A stretch of DNA of 53,104 bases from a virus (Duplodnaviria > Caudoviricetes), in the IMG/VR virus record IMGVR_UViG_3300025066_000037, positions 1-53,104 of that record; one strand, 5' to 3'. Position numbers and translations under genes: made by a program. Numbering within the stretch: the stretch's first letter is position 1; every line of letters starts with the position of its first letter. The notes beneath the pieces are model-generated. The model was not told where the DNA came from and did no database searches. It worked only from the letters and a program-made list of their open reading frames with translations. Positions 18,542 through 28,030 of the stretch are shown here, in pieces.

Positions 18542-20455
18542 TCACACCAAATCCACAATCTCACAGAAATCGCCCGTGCAGTTCAAAGTTTGCGATCCGT
18601 GCGTGTTATCTTCGCGCTCATATTCGCCAAGACGCTTCCAATCTATGCTGCTGGGCATCCGCTTCAACAGTGCAGCGTACTCCATTTTAGTACAATCCTG
18701 ATACGGAGCCTGTTCGTAGATATGTTCTGACATTGGAAGGAAGCTGACTCCAGACATCGTGGAGAAATGTTTGAATACGAATGCTCCTACTTCCAACCAC
18801 TCCTCCTCTCTGACGCTCACCGTGATACTGGGTTTGTGTTCGCACCAGTACTCTGCGTAGACTTGCCATATACGAAGATGGTCAAGTGCAGATAAGTTGT
18901 GGCGAGTGATGGCCCCCGTAGGCGCTTTAACGGGAAACGAAAATACAGCAGTCGTTTCAGGTTTCTTATTATCGTCCTCAACAGGAACACCAGCATCAGT
19001 CATGAACTCAGTGAGCGGGTCTTTCTTATCGGCCCGTACTGTTCTGATGTAATACTCCGAATGTCGGGGATGAATACCGGAGGCAGCATCGACAAGCTGA
19101 CTGACTGTGCCGGACGGCTTGACGCACGTAATGGCAGCAGACGGTTCTATGTTCAGCATACCCGCCCACTTGCTATTGACATTAACTGCGCTCACCCTAA
19201 GACTACTCAGTATCGCGGGAAGATCGTCTTTCGTTTGATTAGCCAACATCGCATTATCCAAGATGCCGGTAAGAGAAACACCTAACAACCTTTCCTCCTC
19301 TGTATTCTTAATCCACTGCCGACCTAATCCTTTAAGATCAGTGAAGCATGATTGGATCGTACCCAGAATTGTAGCAAGTTCTATTTTCTTCTGTAGTGTT
19401 TTGGGTGTATCGTCAGCGCGCACTACAACTTCGCTCAAATTACAGAACTGTTTAGGACGCAGTATGATCTCGCTGCACGGGTTAGTTCCGTATTCCGTAT
19501 CAGCGTCCCGGCGTCCATATCTAGCGGCCTGTATCTGTGCAGCTTTGCGATTAAATATACCGCGCTCTCCAGACTTACTTGCATACAGTGCACTCCACTC
19601 TCGCAGGAATGAGCCTGTATCCAAAACGTCTGTGTAGCATACAGAATTATTAGCGAATGAGCGGTGCGGATGAGTGTTCCACCAATCGCCGCTCTTGGCA
19701 TGCCGCATGCGATCATCAGATAGGTTCGACAGGCTGATCAGCGCAGACCTACGGACGCCGCCAACTACAACAACATCAGCAATCTTGCACATAAGGTCGT
19801 GGCACTCCAAGCTGGTTAGCTTCCTGCCGCTTGCATTCTTAAACATACTGCTGGTTAGCTGAAATAATTCATTTAGCGGTTCTGGGCCGCTGGCTCTACC
19901 ACCAAACGTCTTTAACTTTGCTCCCTGTGGCCGCACCTTAGACATATCCCACTTCGGTATCTGTCCGGCGTACAGAAGATTGATTAGCTCCTTGAACGCT
20001 TTGAACCATCCCTCCTTACTGTCCTGTACCACTATGCACGTTTCGCTATATTCAACATTCTCTGGAATGGACGGCAACTGATTTATGAATTGCCGTTCAA
20101 CAGAAAAGCCTACTCCCGTGCCGTGCATCAGGATATACAGACATTCATCAAATGATCTGGGACTATCAACAGGAAGATAACTACAATTGTATGCAGCAAT
20201 GTGGTTACGTTCCAGTGCATGTCCTGCCGTCATCATTGCCCTCATGGACGGCATCACCTGCATGGTCACAATCGCTGTATACAGGTCAGTGTATACTTCT
20301 TTAGGCATCGTGAAGTCATGGTTCTTCTCTAAGAAATACTTATAAAAATCAAGCAGCCGTGTTACCGTCTCCTCCCATGTCTCTCTGCGACCTTCCTCCT
20401 CAAGCCAACGACTATAACGAGATTGATGAATGAACGCTTGATAATCAGTCTTCAT
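18542..20455 (-). CDS. nrdJ: Class II (adenosylcobalamin-dependent) ribonucleotide reductase, monomeric type
   Basis: YNCSY, GGVRRSALISLS, GTNPCSEI, TCVKPSGTVSQL and C-terminal CTGDFCE; no beta-subunit gene present. Confidence 0.92.
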   Translation of the reverse strand: MKTDYQAFIHQSRYSRWLEEEGRRETWEETVTRLLDFYKYFLEKNHDFTMPKEVYTDLYTAIVTMQVMPSMRAMMTAGHALERNHIAAYNCSYLPVDSPRSFDECLYILMHGTGVGFSVERQFINQLPSIPENVEYSETCIVVQDSKEGWFKAFKELINLLYAGQIPKWDMSKVRPQGAKLKTFGGRASGPEPLNELFQLTSSMFKNASGRKLTSLECHDLMCKIADVVVVGGVRRSALISLSNLSDDRMRHAKSGDWWNTHPHRSFANNSVCYTDVLDTGSFLREWSALYASKSGERGIFNRKAAQIQAARYGRRDADTEYGTNPCSEIILRPKQFCNLSEVVVRADDTPKTLQKKIELATILGTIQSCFTDLKGLGRQWIKNTEEERLLGVSLTGILDNAMLANQTKDDLPAILSSLRVSAVNVNSKWAGMLNIEPSAAITCVKPSGTVSQLVDAASGIHPRHSEYYIRTVRADKKDPLTEFMTDAGVPVEDDNKKPETTAVFSFPVKAPTGAITRHNLSALDHLRIWQVYAEYWCEHKPSITVSVREEEWLEVGAFVFKHFSTMSGVSFLPMSEHIYEQAPYQDCTKMEYAALLKRMPSSIDWKRLGEYEREDNTHGSQTLNCTGDFCEIVDLV

Positions 20456-20594
20456 CTAACGGTAACTCCTCTTGTGTGTTTTGTGCCTGTGTCTGTGCCT
20501 GTAAAATACCATTGATGATATGTGCAACTTCTTTATACGGCTGCTTCGCAAGATAGTTCAAGATTTCATTTATAAGATTATTCGGCAGTTCCAT
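20445..20594 (-). CDS. Small hypothetical protein
   Basis: MELPNNLINEILNYLAKQPYKEV...; SD AAGGAG favours this start over 20642. Confidence 0.6.
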   Translation of the reverse strand: MELPNNLINEILNYLAKQPYKEVAHIINGILQAQTQAQNTQEELPLDED

Positions 20595-20605
20595 CTTCTT
20601 CTCCT

Positions 20606-20998
20606 TCATACTAATCTTTTCAAATTCGGTGGTTGATAGCAATCAGACTTAATGACTTTGCCATCTTCTCTGTATATTGGGTTGCCGTCTGCATCAAGCT
20701 TAGACATGTTTGAAGTATGTACACGGTTGAATGCAGAATCAAAGTCCCAACCGTAAGTAACAGCAAACCCAACGCACACATAAACCAGATCACAAAGTTC
20801 TTTAAGTACATCATCACTCTTATCATTACTGATAGCATCTATCAACTCCTTATACTCTTCCTGAATAAGATTCTTTCGTAGATTCTTTTCACCATCAATA
20901 ACAGATGAAGGTTTAGGGTACTCCAGCCCAATGGGATGCTTAAATGCACGATGAAAAATTCTAAGCTTATCCTGTACCGTTTCGCTTTTACCCATCAT
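20606..20998 (-). CDS. MazG-like/PRA-PH family nucleoside triphosphate pyrophosphohydrolase
   Basis: LIQEEYKEL...LKELCDLVYV...FNRVHTSNMSK...REDGKVIK motifs. Confidence 0.88.
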   Translation of the reverse strand: MMGKSETVQDKLRIFHRAFKHPIGLEYPKPSSVIDGEKNLRKNLIQEEYKELIDAISNDKSDDVLKELCDLVYVCVGFAVTYGWDFDSAFNRVHTSNMSKLDADGNPIYREDGKVIKSDCYQPPNLKRLV

Positions 20999-21299
20999 TG
21001 TTTCCCTCTCCCTTCTGTCTAATCTCCCTGTCCTTATTTATAATCTTCTCTGCCTCAAGCTGTGTATCCCTATCTCCATACTTTCCTAATCTGGAGATAA
21101 CGGATTGAGGTAATCCACCCTCTAGCGCACATGCCCACGCATCTTTCATTGTGCCGTGAGCATACTCCTTTCCATCAACAACAAAAGCTCCTGTGAACGG
21201 GTTGTATTTACACTCACTGGAAAAATAAACACTGCTGGCTGCGCTACTTATTAATACAAGCGGAACAGCTACTGCTATAATAATAAATTTTTTATTCAT
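20988..21299 (-). CDS. Exported/membrane-anchored hypothetical protein
   Basis: MNKKFIIIAVAVPLVLISSAAS signal-like N-terminus and two Cys; SD GAGGAGG. Confidence 0.6.
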   Translation of the reverse strand: MNKKFIIIAVAVPLVLISSAASSVYFSSECKYNPFTGAFVVDGKEYAHGTMKDAWACALEGGLPQSVISRLGKYGDRDTQLEAEKIINKDREIRQKGEGNNDG

Positions 21300-21465
21300 C
21301 TTCTTCCTCCTCAAAAAGAGCGCGTCTGATATCCTTTTCAGTAAATCCCATCAATACCATGTTATTAGTGAATTGTTCTGGGGTATCCCTTCCGTACTCA
21401 AACATGCTGATAAAATGATCTACTTTTTTAGACCAAAAGGAATACTGCATTTCTTTAAGAAGCAT
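21292..21465 (-). CDS. Microprotein (57 aa), paralog of 28031..28207; not in ORF track
   Basis: MLLKEMQYSFWSKKVDHFISMFEYGRDTPEQFTNNMVLMGFTEKDIRRALFEEEEDE; overlaps both neighbours; SD GGAGG. Confidence 0.7.
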   Translation of the reverse strand: MLLKEMQYSFWSKKVDHFISMFEYGRDTPEQFTNNMVLMGFTEKDIRRALFEEEEDE

Positions 21466-21718
21466 CCCCGCCCTCCAATGTAAAATTGCCGTATGTTTCT
21501 ATTAATGCCTCCAGATACCACCGCGCCTTACACAAGTCCTTATATGGTTCTGCTGGGTGCTTGTGCTTGTGCCTTGAAACGTACTTGATTATGTTGCCCT
21601 TCAAGTATCCGTGAAACTCTTCAGCGGACATGCTGTGCTGTATAATCTCAATCGTTTCAACAACATTAGTGTTATAATGTGAAGGGTTGTTTATTTCAGT
21701 ATCCATTTTATTTTCCAT
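21455..21718 (-). CDS. DUF3310 family protein (T7 gp1.7 nucleotide-kinase-related)
   Basis: INNPSHY...ETIEII...GYLKGNIIKYVSR..HK...DLCKARWYL. Confidence 0.85.
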   Translation of the reverse strand: MENKMDTEINNPSHYNTNVVETIEIIQHSMSAEEFHGYLKGNIIKYVSRHKHKHPAEPYKDLCKARWYLEALIETYGNFTLEGGDAS

Positions 21719-22082
21719 TTGTCTTTTTGTAATCAGCGAAATTCAGGATATCCGCAGAGCCATTCAGCGTATTTGAATCATTTTCAGAAAGAAGATACAT
21801 TGCTCTACAGTACCCCATTTCTACTACGTCATCAAAACTGTTTTCAATAATATCCAATAGGCCGTGAGTTAAATAGAATACTGGCCCTTCAAGAGCTTCC
21901 TTAGTCAGGTTATCGATGACACTAACTTCAACTCTCTCTATGGATGATTTCTTTGTCTCCTCCTGTTCTTCATCTATATCTACAGACCTTCTACTTATGA
22001 TAATAGATATCGAATCATTTGGAAGAGATTCATATATACCTTGAAGTCTTTCCGGCACACTAGTATCGTCCTCTTTATCCAT
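21708..22082 (-). CDS. Acidic hypothetical protein
   Basis: Likely start MDKEDD (SD AAGGA), 124 aa. Confidence 0.6.
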   Translation of the reverse strand: MDKEDDTSVPERLQGIYESLPNDSISIIISRRSVDIDEEQEETKKSSIERVEVSVIDNLTKEALEGPVFYLTHGLLDIIENSFDDVVEMGYCRAMYLLSENDSNTLNGSADILNFADYKKTNGK

Positions 22083-22461
22083 GTCGCTTTCCTTTTCCTT
22101 TATTATTGCTGAACCACTTTTTAGAGGGGCGCTCATCTGAGTAATCGAAATTGTGCTTATCGCACCAATTCGCATATGTCATCTTCGACCCTTTTCCTAT
22201 CCTGTTTGAAGAATTGCCGAATACAAACTTAACGTCAATTCCTAGCTGCTCCCTTATAAGAAGGTGGCGTGTACGCTCTTGAGAATCGTGAAAGTATCCC
22301 TTACCCTCTATATAAAAGTCATCATCAGGAATATAAAAATCAGGAAGGTACGTCCTTACTTTAGGTTGGTAGGAAAGTCTTTGAGCTTCATACTCAAAAA
22401 CGATCTTACTTTCCTCAAGCGCCTTCGCTATATTCCTTTCAAGGTTTGATCTGTATTTCAT
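22075..22461 (-). CDS. T7 endonuclease I-like Holliday junction resolvase
   Basis: YRSNLE...FEYE...YLPDF...IEGKGYF...TYANWCDKHNF. Confidence 0.88.
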   Translation of the reverse strand: MKYRSNLERNIAKALEESKIVFEYEAQRLSYQPKVRTYLPDFYIPDDDFYIEGKGYFHDSQERTRHLLIREQLGIDVKFVFGNSSNRIGKGSKMTYANWCDKHNFDYSDERPSKKWFSNNKGKGKRHG

Positions 22462-22925
22462 AGTTCCTCTAGTTGTGATATTTTAATGTTATAACAAGAA
22501 TGCTTGAATATGAAGTTGCCCTCTTTGTCTCCCTTCTTATGATAGGTGCTGTTGTCTTTGAAGTCTTTCTTGCTAATGTGTCCCAGTACCCATCCTTTCT
22601 GATAGTCGCTTAATACACGAACAAAGATGTATCCATCACAATCATAATCTATTTGGAAATCAGTAACGGAACAATCATAATCAGGTTTTGGAAGATATCC
22701 TGTTAGTTTTGTCTTTATGTCAAGGCGGCGACCATCTGGCAACACTAAGTCGTATTTGAATGTATTAATTAATTCTCCACCGTATACGCTTTGTGCCAGA
22801 TGTTCGCCTATAAATCCTACAAAATTCCCATCTCCTTTAGTTATAGACCTCCTTACAACGCCAAGTTTCTTAGCTTTCTCATGAGCGATCTTGACTATAT
22901 CGCTGTCTACTTCTACCTCTTTCAT
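22458..22925 (-). CDS. Putative PD-(D/E)XK nuclease-like protein
   Basis: GFIGE...YDL...RLDIKTK...DGYIFVRV pattern; likely start MKEVEV. Confidence 0.55.
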   Translation of the reverse strand: MKEVEVDSDIVKIAHEKAKKLGVVRRSITKGDGNFVGFIGEHLAQSVYGGELINTFKYDLVLPDGRRLDIKTKLTGYLPKPDYDCSVTDFQIDYDCDGYIFVRVLSDYQKGWVLGHISKKDFKDNSTYHKKGDKEGNFIFKHSCYNIKISQLEEL

Positions 22926-22932
22926 TTTGACC

Positions 22933-23316
22933 TCACATCTTTTTTTCAGATAGCAGTTGAATATTTTGCATGTACTTTTCAATATACGCCCACGTTTTAG
23001 GACTTATCTTGAAATACTCAGATACATTGATATCGAATGTTTCATTACTATAAACAACAGGAGCAAGCTCCAGCAGTAGAGAATTAACTATCTTAAAGTC
23101 GTGTTTTATCTTCAAGACGTTTGCATCATATGTGGCATCAGACCAATATGAATTATCGAAGGCGTGTTCATCCTTTTTAACACGTATCCCTATAAAGTTG
23201 CTGTTCTGTCTAAACTGTAGATGTCCTGATCTATTATCATTATCGGAAAATAGATAATACACAGACGGGTTCATCTGCAAGTCTTCTGGAAACACTCGTT
23301 TCTGGTATATTAACAT
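22933..23316 (-). CDS. Conserved phage hypothetical protein
   Basis: VYYLFSDNDNRSG...NFIGIRVKK resembles a common phage Y.FGDN...GI.TK family; likely start MLIYQK. Confidence 0.5.
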   Translation of the reverse strand: MLIYQKRVFPEDLQMNPSVYYLFSDNDNRSGHLQFRQNSNFIGIRVKKDEHAFDNSYWSDATYDANVLKIKHDFKIVNSLLLELAPVVYSNETFDINVSEYFKISPKTWAYIEKYMQNIQLLSEKKM

Positions 23317-23317
23317 A

Positions 23318-24916
23318 TCAAAAAGCCTCTGCGTCCAGTTCATCGTCATGGTTAAGGGGTATCTCAGTTAGCCTACCTGTGTCAAGCCCATACAACAAAT
23401 TATTTGCTGGGCCTGTGAGGCCGCTGAAGCGGTTCTTAATCACTCTGACTGTGGTCGTATGCCTTTCCCGTAAATCCGCTGCCTGACCGTCTCGCTCAAG
23501 CCCTAAGACTATATCTGATAGCTGCCCTATGGAGCCTGATCCGCGAAGCTGATGGAGCTTGGTTCTGCCGCCCTCCTCATGGCCGTAATCAACGCGCTTC
23601 AGATGCGAGGCTACAAACATACATATATCTAGCTCCTGTACCAGTGTCCTCAACTTAGTCATAATCTCATCAAGTGCTTTACGCTCATCCATGTTAGACT
23701 GATCTGATACAAGGATACTGACGTGATCTAAAAAAATGTACTTACACTTCAGTATACGAACCATGTATCGCACACGAGAGATTATGTTATCAATAGAGTT
23801 ACTTCCAAAATGATCAAAGAAGAACACCCGGTCCTTTTCGAGCGTATTTTGAAACGCACTCTTTAGCTCCTCCTCAGTATATTCAAAGTTAGGCAGATGT
23901 ATAGGCTTATTCATTTCCAAACCTATCAGCGCCTGTGCTGTTCTAGTTACGCTTTCCTCAAGAAACAGAAGCCCAATGTTCTGCTCTGTTTCGTTGAGAA
24001 TGTGGAACGCTATTTCACGCATAAACGATGACTTGCCAAGACCGGAACCAGCAGCAATAGTGATAAGCTCACCACAACGTATTCCGTATGTCAGATTGTT
24101 CAAACCTTTGTACGGATAGGATACCTCACTTTCTGTCGGCCCTGCCTTAACATCCTCCCACAGAGAAGCACCGGAGATAATGCCCTCTGGTGTATACTTC
24201 TCTGAATGCCACCAAAGACGCTGAAACTCCTTTTCATCATTACTGGTAAGATACTCATTAGCATCTTTTCTGTTTAGGTGGACTATCTCTGCTTTGGGAA
24301 GAAGTAGTTCAGCGACTTCCTTTGCCGCCTTGCGCCCAACATCATCATTGTCAAAGCATATCTTGATAGTATCAAACTTATTTAAATACTCATAGTTATC
24401 AGAGACATCCTTTACGGCGCTTTTTACTCCTGACTTTATAGAAATCACCGGCCACTTACTTCCTAGCATCTGGAAGGTTGAAAGGGCATCTACTTCCCCC
24501 TCTGTGATGGTGATGAACTTTCCACTATTGAAAAGTGATTGACCAAACAGCGTAGCTGATGGAAACTTTCCTTTAGTGGAAAAGGTCTTACTTTCAACTC
24601 CTCTCTTTTTGTATGCTACGCGCACATGATCACTATCGTAATACGGGAAATACCACTCCCGCGATCCTTTGGTGACGTTAAAGAACTTACATGTACTTTT
24701 TGAAATACCTCTATCGGTCATGGCTTCTAATGTACCTATATCAAGTTCCATGCTCACCTCTTTCTTTATAGATACGTCTAGTAGCGTCCTATTACCGGCA
24801 CTACTGTGTTTAATCCCACATGAAAAGCAGTATGAATTGCCGTCTTGATAATATGCTACGGCATCGCTGCTTCCACAATCGGCACAGGGCTGATGGGTCT
24901 TAACATATCTGGTCAT
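23318..24916 (-). CDS. T7 gp4-like DNA primase-helicase
   Basis: Zn finger CADC...CFSC; TOPRIM ITEGEVDA and CFDNDDVG; Walker A AGSGLGKS; IFLDHVSI; LRGSGSIGQLSD; KNRFSG. Confidence 0.95.
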   Translation of the reverse strand: MTRYVKTHQPCADCGSSDAVAYYQDGNSYCFSCGIKHSSAGNRTLLDVSIKKEVSMELDIGTLEAMTDRGISKSTCKFFNVTKGSREWYFPYYDSDHVRVAYKKRGVESKTFSTKGKFPSATLFGQSLFNSGKFITITEGEVDALSTFQMLGSKWPVISIKSGVKSAVKDVSDNYEYLNKFDTIKICFDNDDVGRKAAKEVAELLLPKAEIVHLNRKDANEYLTSNDEKEFQRLWWHSEKYTPEGIISGASLWEDVKAGPTESEVSYPYKGLNNLTYGIRCGELITIAAGSGLGKSSFMREIAFHILNETEQNIGLLFLEESVTRTAQALIGLEMNKPIHLPNFEYTEEELKSAFQNTLEKDRVFFFDHFGSNSIDNIISRVRYMVRILKCKYIFLDHVSILVSDQSNMDERKALDEIMTKLRTLVQELDICMFVASHLKRVDYGHEEGGRTKLHQLRGSGSIGQLSDIVLGLERDGQAADLRERHTTTVRVIKNRFSGLTGPANNLLYGLDTGRLTEIPLNHDDELDAEAF

Positions 24917-25755
24917 AGTAATTCTTCAACTTGAGGTTCCTTTTCAACGTGAGTAAGGTATCTGTATCCATTCGAATACTTGAAGGTTCTTATTCCTGTA
25001 CCATCATTGGAGTCAGACCAACAATTATACTTATGGTGACACCACCTGCATTCGGACGGAAGTTTCCTGTTCCCGTTATTTTCAACCTGTTCTTCATAGC
25101 AGCGAACAGGCGGCTCACTCTTGGCTATAATTTCACGCAACTCATCAATGCGTTTAGACGCATCAAGCGTACTCATATCTTCAACAGATAGCAAGGCTAA
25201 ATCGCCATACTGCTTGTCAATGGCAAGGAAGGCCCCTTCATCCATGTCCAACGCTTGCATGTATCCCGATATCTGATAGATGTAGCCGAAGGGATCATTC
25301 GAGAAAAGCTCACCACGAGAGAACTTCTTGAACCCGTAGCTTGAAGAAGTCTTAACATCGACTACTACATCATCGATGACAGCATCAATGTGACCCTTGA
25401 TACCGTTAAGGGAAACCTCCTTCTGCATGTCACGTACATCATGGTTAGCTGCCTTACATAGAAAAAGTAGGAAGCCCTCCAGCAGATGCCCATAGAAAAA
25501 TTTAATTCGCTCATTGGGCTTTAATTCTTGCTCAATAGGCTCATGAAAGTCGTACCACATTTTACGTTTGTCTTTTCCAATATTAGACATACGCAAAGTA
25601 GCTTTTCTATTTTTTTCTCGCTCCTCCTTACTGAAAAAGGTATGCACCTCTCTTTCAATAAAGGAAAGAAGGAACTTCATGTCATCTTCATGAACTTCAA
25701 TACCTGAATCAATTATTTCATAGATATCTTTTACAAGAGTATCGACAGTCTTCAT
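24913..25755 (-). CDS. PD-(D/E)XK exonuclease (Cas4/RecB-like fold)
   Basis: LRMSNIG, GHIDAVIDDVVVDVKT, YQISGY and C-terminal CRWC.....C. Confidence 0.8.
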   Translation of the reverse strand: MKTVDTLVKDIYEIIDSGIEVHEDDMKFLLSFIEREVHTFFSKEEREKNRKATLRMSNIGKDKRKMWYDFHEPIEQELKPNERIKFFYGHLLEGFLLFLCKAANHDVRDMQKEVSLNGIKGHIDAVIDDVVVDVKTSSSYGFKKFSRGELFSNDPFGYIYQISGYMQALDMDEGAFLAIDKQYGDLALLSVEDMSTLDASKRIDELREIIAKSEPPVRCYEEQVENNGNRKLPSECRWCHHKYNCWSDSNDGTGIRTFKYSNGYRYLTHVEKEPQVEELL

Positions 25756-25860
25756 TGTAGCATCTCCTTGTAATGTAAATTATGGAAGGCCCGTCCCTCA
25801 CCTTTCCAAGTGTTAACCCCAGTTGTGATTAACCCCTACCATCAGTATGTTACTCTAAAA

Positions 25861-26265
25861 CTATATTACTTCATCTTCCGTGTCTGACTCCTCTGCGTCC
25901 AGTTCTTCCATTTCGTACTCAACAAGATTAACAACCATCAGTTGATTAAGACCAAGACTGACCCCAGATTTTCCTTTGTAAGTCCAATCATACGGTTTGG
26001 CCGAAATCTTAATAGTTGATCCGTTACCGATAACAGTATCGTCCCACAGACGCTTCGAAGCATCCATAACTCTTGGAGGACGTACCGCCTTCGCAGTAAC
26101 GTAGCTGCCGCGCTCCTCATCATTCTTAATAGGAACGCCAGAACTTTCTAGCTGCTTCACTACCTCAGAAGACAAATTACATACGTCTACCTGATACTTG
26201 TTGGAAAGATTGTTGGGCTGTCCTTCAAGAACACGCGCCCACATTGAAGTTCCTCGTATAATCAT
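25861..26265 (-). CDS. Single-stranded DNA-binding protein (T7 gp2.5-like)
   Basis: IGNGS...GVSLGLNQLMVVNLVEY plus an acidic C-terminal tail; adjacent to the polymerase. Confidence 0.8.
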   Translation of the reverse strand: MIIRGTSMWARVLEGQPNNLSNKYQVDVCNLSSEVVKQLESSGVPIKNDEERGSYVTAKAVRPPRVMDASKRLWDDTVIGNGSTIKISAKPYDWTYKGKSGVSLGLNQLMVVNLVEYEMEELDAEESDTEDEVI

Positions 26266-26290
26266 ACTATATCTCCTTATTTAAGTTTTG

Positions 26291-28018
26291 TTAATGTTCA
26301 GCATCATACCATGTGCTGCCTACTCCTACATCGCATGCTAGTGGACAACGTAAATTCAACCGCTGCCCTGCTTGCTTGATACCATCTTCGCATACCTTTT
26401 TGAAGATGTCAAGACTTTTTTCACCCACTTCGTAAATATATTGATCGTGTACACTGCATACCAGTTGGGCCTCAAGTTTTTCCGCCCGAATGCGCCTGTC
26501 CATTTCGATGGCCCACTGCTTACACACAATCGCACCGGCACCCTGTAGCAGCGTATTCAGTCCAGCATGGGGAGAGCGAATGTGGATACGCCGCCCGTCT
26601 AGTCCGTTGACATATCCGTACTGCGATGCCTTCTTTATGACCTGCTCCTGTAATCTTTTAAGATCAGGCATATTTGTTAGAAACCTATTCTTCAGTGTCG
26701 ATCCTGTCTTCGCTGATCCACCTACAATGGAACCAATCTTCTCCGCTCCTGCGCCATACAGAAAAGCATATATGAACGTCTTTGCCTGTGAACGAGTAGA
26801 CAACCCCGCTGCATTCATGTTAGCCGTATGCGGATCACCATTGACAACTTCGTTAGTGAACGCATCGTTATTCATGTAGTGCGCCAGCATCCTTAATTCA
26901 AGGCCAGACGCATCAGTATCTACAAGAACACTTTTTGTTGGCGCTATAAAACATTGCCGTGATTCTTTTCCGTATATTTTGTTAGAAGATACGATGTTAG
27001 CCATATTGGGTTCAGAGTGCGTCATGCGGCCTGTTACCGCGCCCATCGTAAATACTTTACCGTGTACCCGCCCATCTGCGCTGGATGCGTCAAGCCAACT
27101 CTCTATAGTCTTCCAGCGTGTTTCAAGAGTTTTCCATAATACAAGGTTCTTCACTGAACTGGGCGCAGCATCCGATAATGTCTCTAAGTTCTCCTCGCAT
27201 ACCTTTGGTGCGCCTTTGGGTGTAAATCTTGTTGGCTTCCATCCGTATTCGTTCATGCGCTCTACAATTTGTTTAGGTGAACCTAAGTTAAAATCCTCAT
27301 ATCTGATAAGCGTATGGTTCCCCACAGATTGACTGATATCTTCAATGTGGGACAGCCCTACTTTGGAAATACTGCCGTCCTTCTTCTTTTTAATTACAAC
27401 GTCCTTGACTGCACGAACCTTTGGCTTGAAAAAGGATTGTATGTTGCTTTCTATTTCTTCGCTTCTTGTTTTTATTTCGTATAGCAACTCAGACGCTTTT
27501 TGTAAATCAAGAAGAAAACCGTACCTTTCCTGTTTGTTAATGATATGCCGTATGTTGTGTTCAAGGGATATACTTGTGTTAGAAAATCCCGGCTGTTCAT
27601 ACATCATCAAGTATTTGTATATAGCTTCTGTTACCTCTACATCGTTGATGCAGTACTCAAGCATAGTCTCTGAATATTCGCTGAAATCAGAGAACTCTAT
27701 TTTTCGCTTACCTACTAAGCTGGACAGGTTGTTAAGGGAATGTCCACCCTTTCTGTTAGGATTAAATAAATATGATAATACAAGAGTATCCGTTATCTGT
27801 GACACCTTTATATTTGTACCCCACAGCTTATTTAGAATAGGGGCGTCAAATGATAAGATGTTGTGTCCTATAAATTTTTTGTAGTCCTTGATGTAATCAG
27901 CAAATTTTGTTGGATTTGTAAATGTTCTTATTTCCTTTGTGTTTGTATCTTTTGTTGCTACTACCCATATCTTAGTAGCATTGAGCGAATCAGTTTCTAT
28001 ATCAAGAACCAGTGCCAT
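26291..28018 (-). CDS. polA: Family A DNA polymerase with 3'-5' exonuclease
   Basis: LDIETD, GHNILSFD, YCINDV, TGRMTHSEPNMAN, DASGLELRMLAHY, RSQAKTFIYAFLYGAG and VHDQ. Confidence 0.96.
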   Translation of the reverse strand: MALVLDIETDSLNATKIWVVATKDTNTKEIRTFTNPTKFADYIKDYKKFIGHNILSFDAPILNKLWGTNIKVSQITDTLVLSYLFNPNRKGGHSLNNLSSLVGKRKIEFSDFSEYSETMLEYCINDVEVTEAIYKYLMMYEQPGFSNTSISLEHNIRHIINKQERYGFLLDLQKASELLYEIKTRSEEIESNIQSFFKPKVRAVKDVVIKKKKDGSISKVGLSHIEDISQSVGNHTLIRYEDFNLGSPKQIVERMNEYGWKPTRFTPKGAPKVCEENLETLSDAAPSSVKNLVLWKTLETRWKTIESWLDASSADGRVHGKVFTMGAVTGRMTHSEPNMANIVSSNKIYGKESRQCFIAPTKSVLVDTDASGLELRMLAHYMNNDAFTNEVVNGDPHTANMNAAGLSTRSQAKTFIYAFLYGAGAEKIGSIVGGSAKTGSTLKNRFLTNMPDLKRLQEQVIKKASQYGYVNGLDGRRIHIRSPHAGLNTLLQGAGAIVCKQWAIEMDRRIRAEKLEAQLVCSVHDQYIYEVGEKSLDIFKKVCEDGIKQAGQRLNLRCPLACDVGVGSTWYDAEH

Positions 28019-28030
28019 AGTTTTTCTCCG

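Noticed and set aside
18380-20660. Cobalamin riboswitch associated with the class II RNR
   Set aside because: The nrdJ start overlaps the upstream gene, leaving no leader. The structured element is downstream and lacks a recognisable B12 box.
24913-25755. Cas4-like nuclease as evidence of a CRISPR system
   Set aside because: It is a stand-alone PD-(D/E)XK exonuclease in its usual replication-module position, with no array or cas1/cas2.
26291-28018. HMO-2011-type DnaJ zinc-finger insertion, or an intein/intron in PolA (also checked RNR and TerL)
   Set aside because: No CxxCxGxG repeats, no intein terminal motifs, and lengths are compact and uninterrupted.
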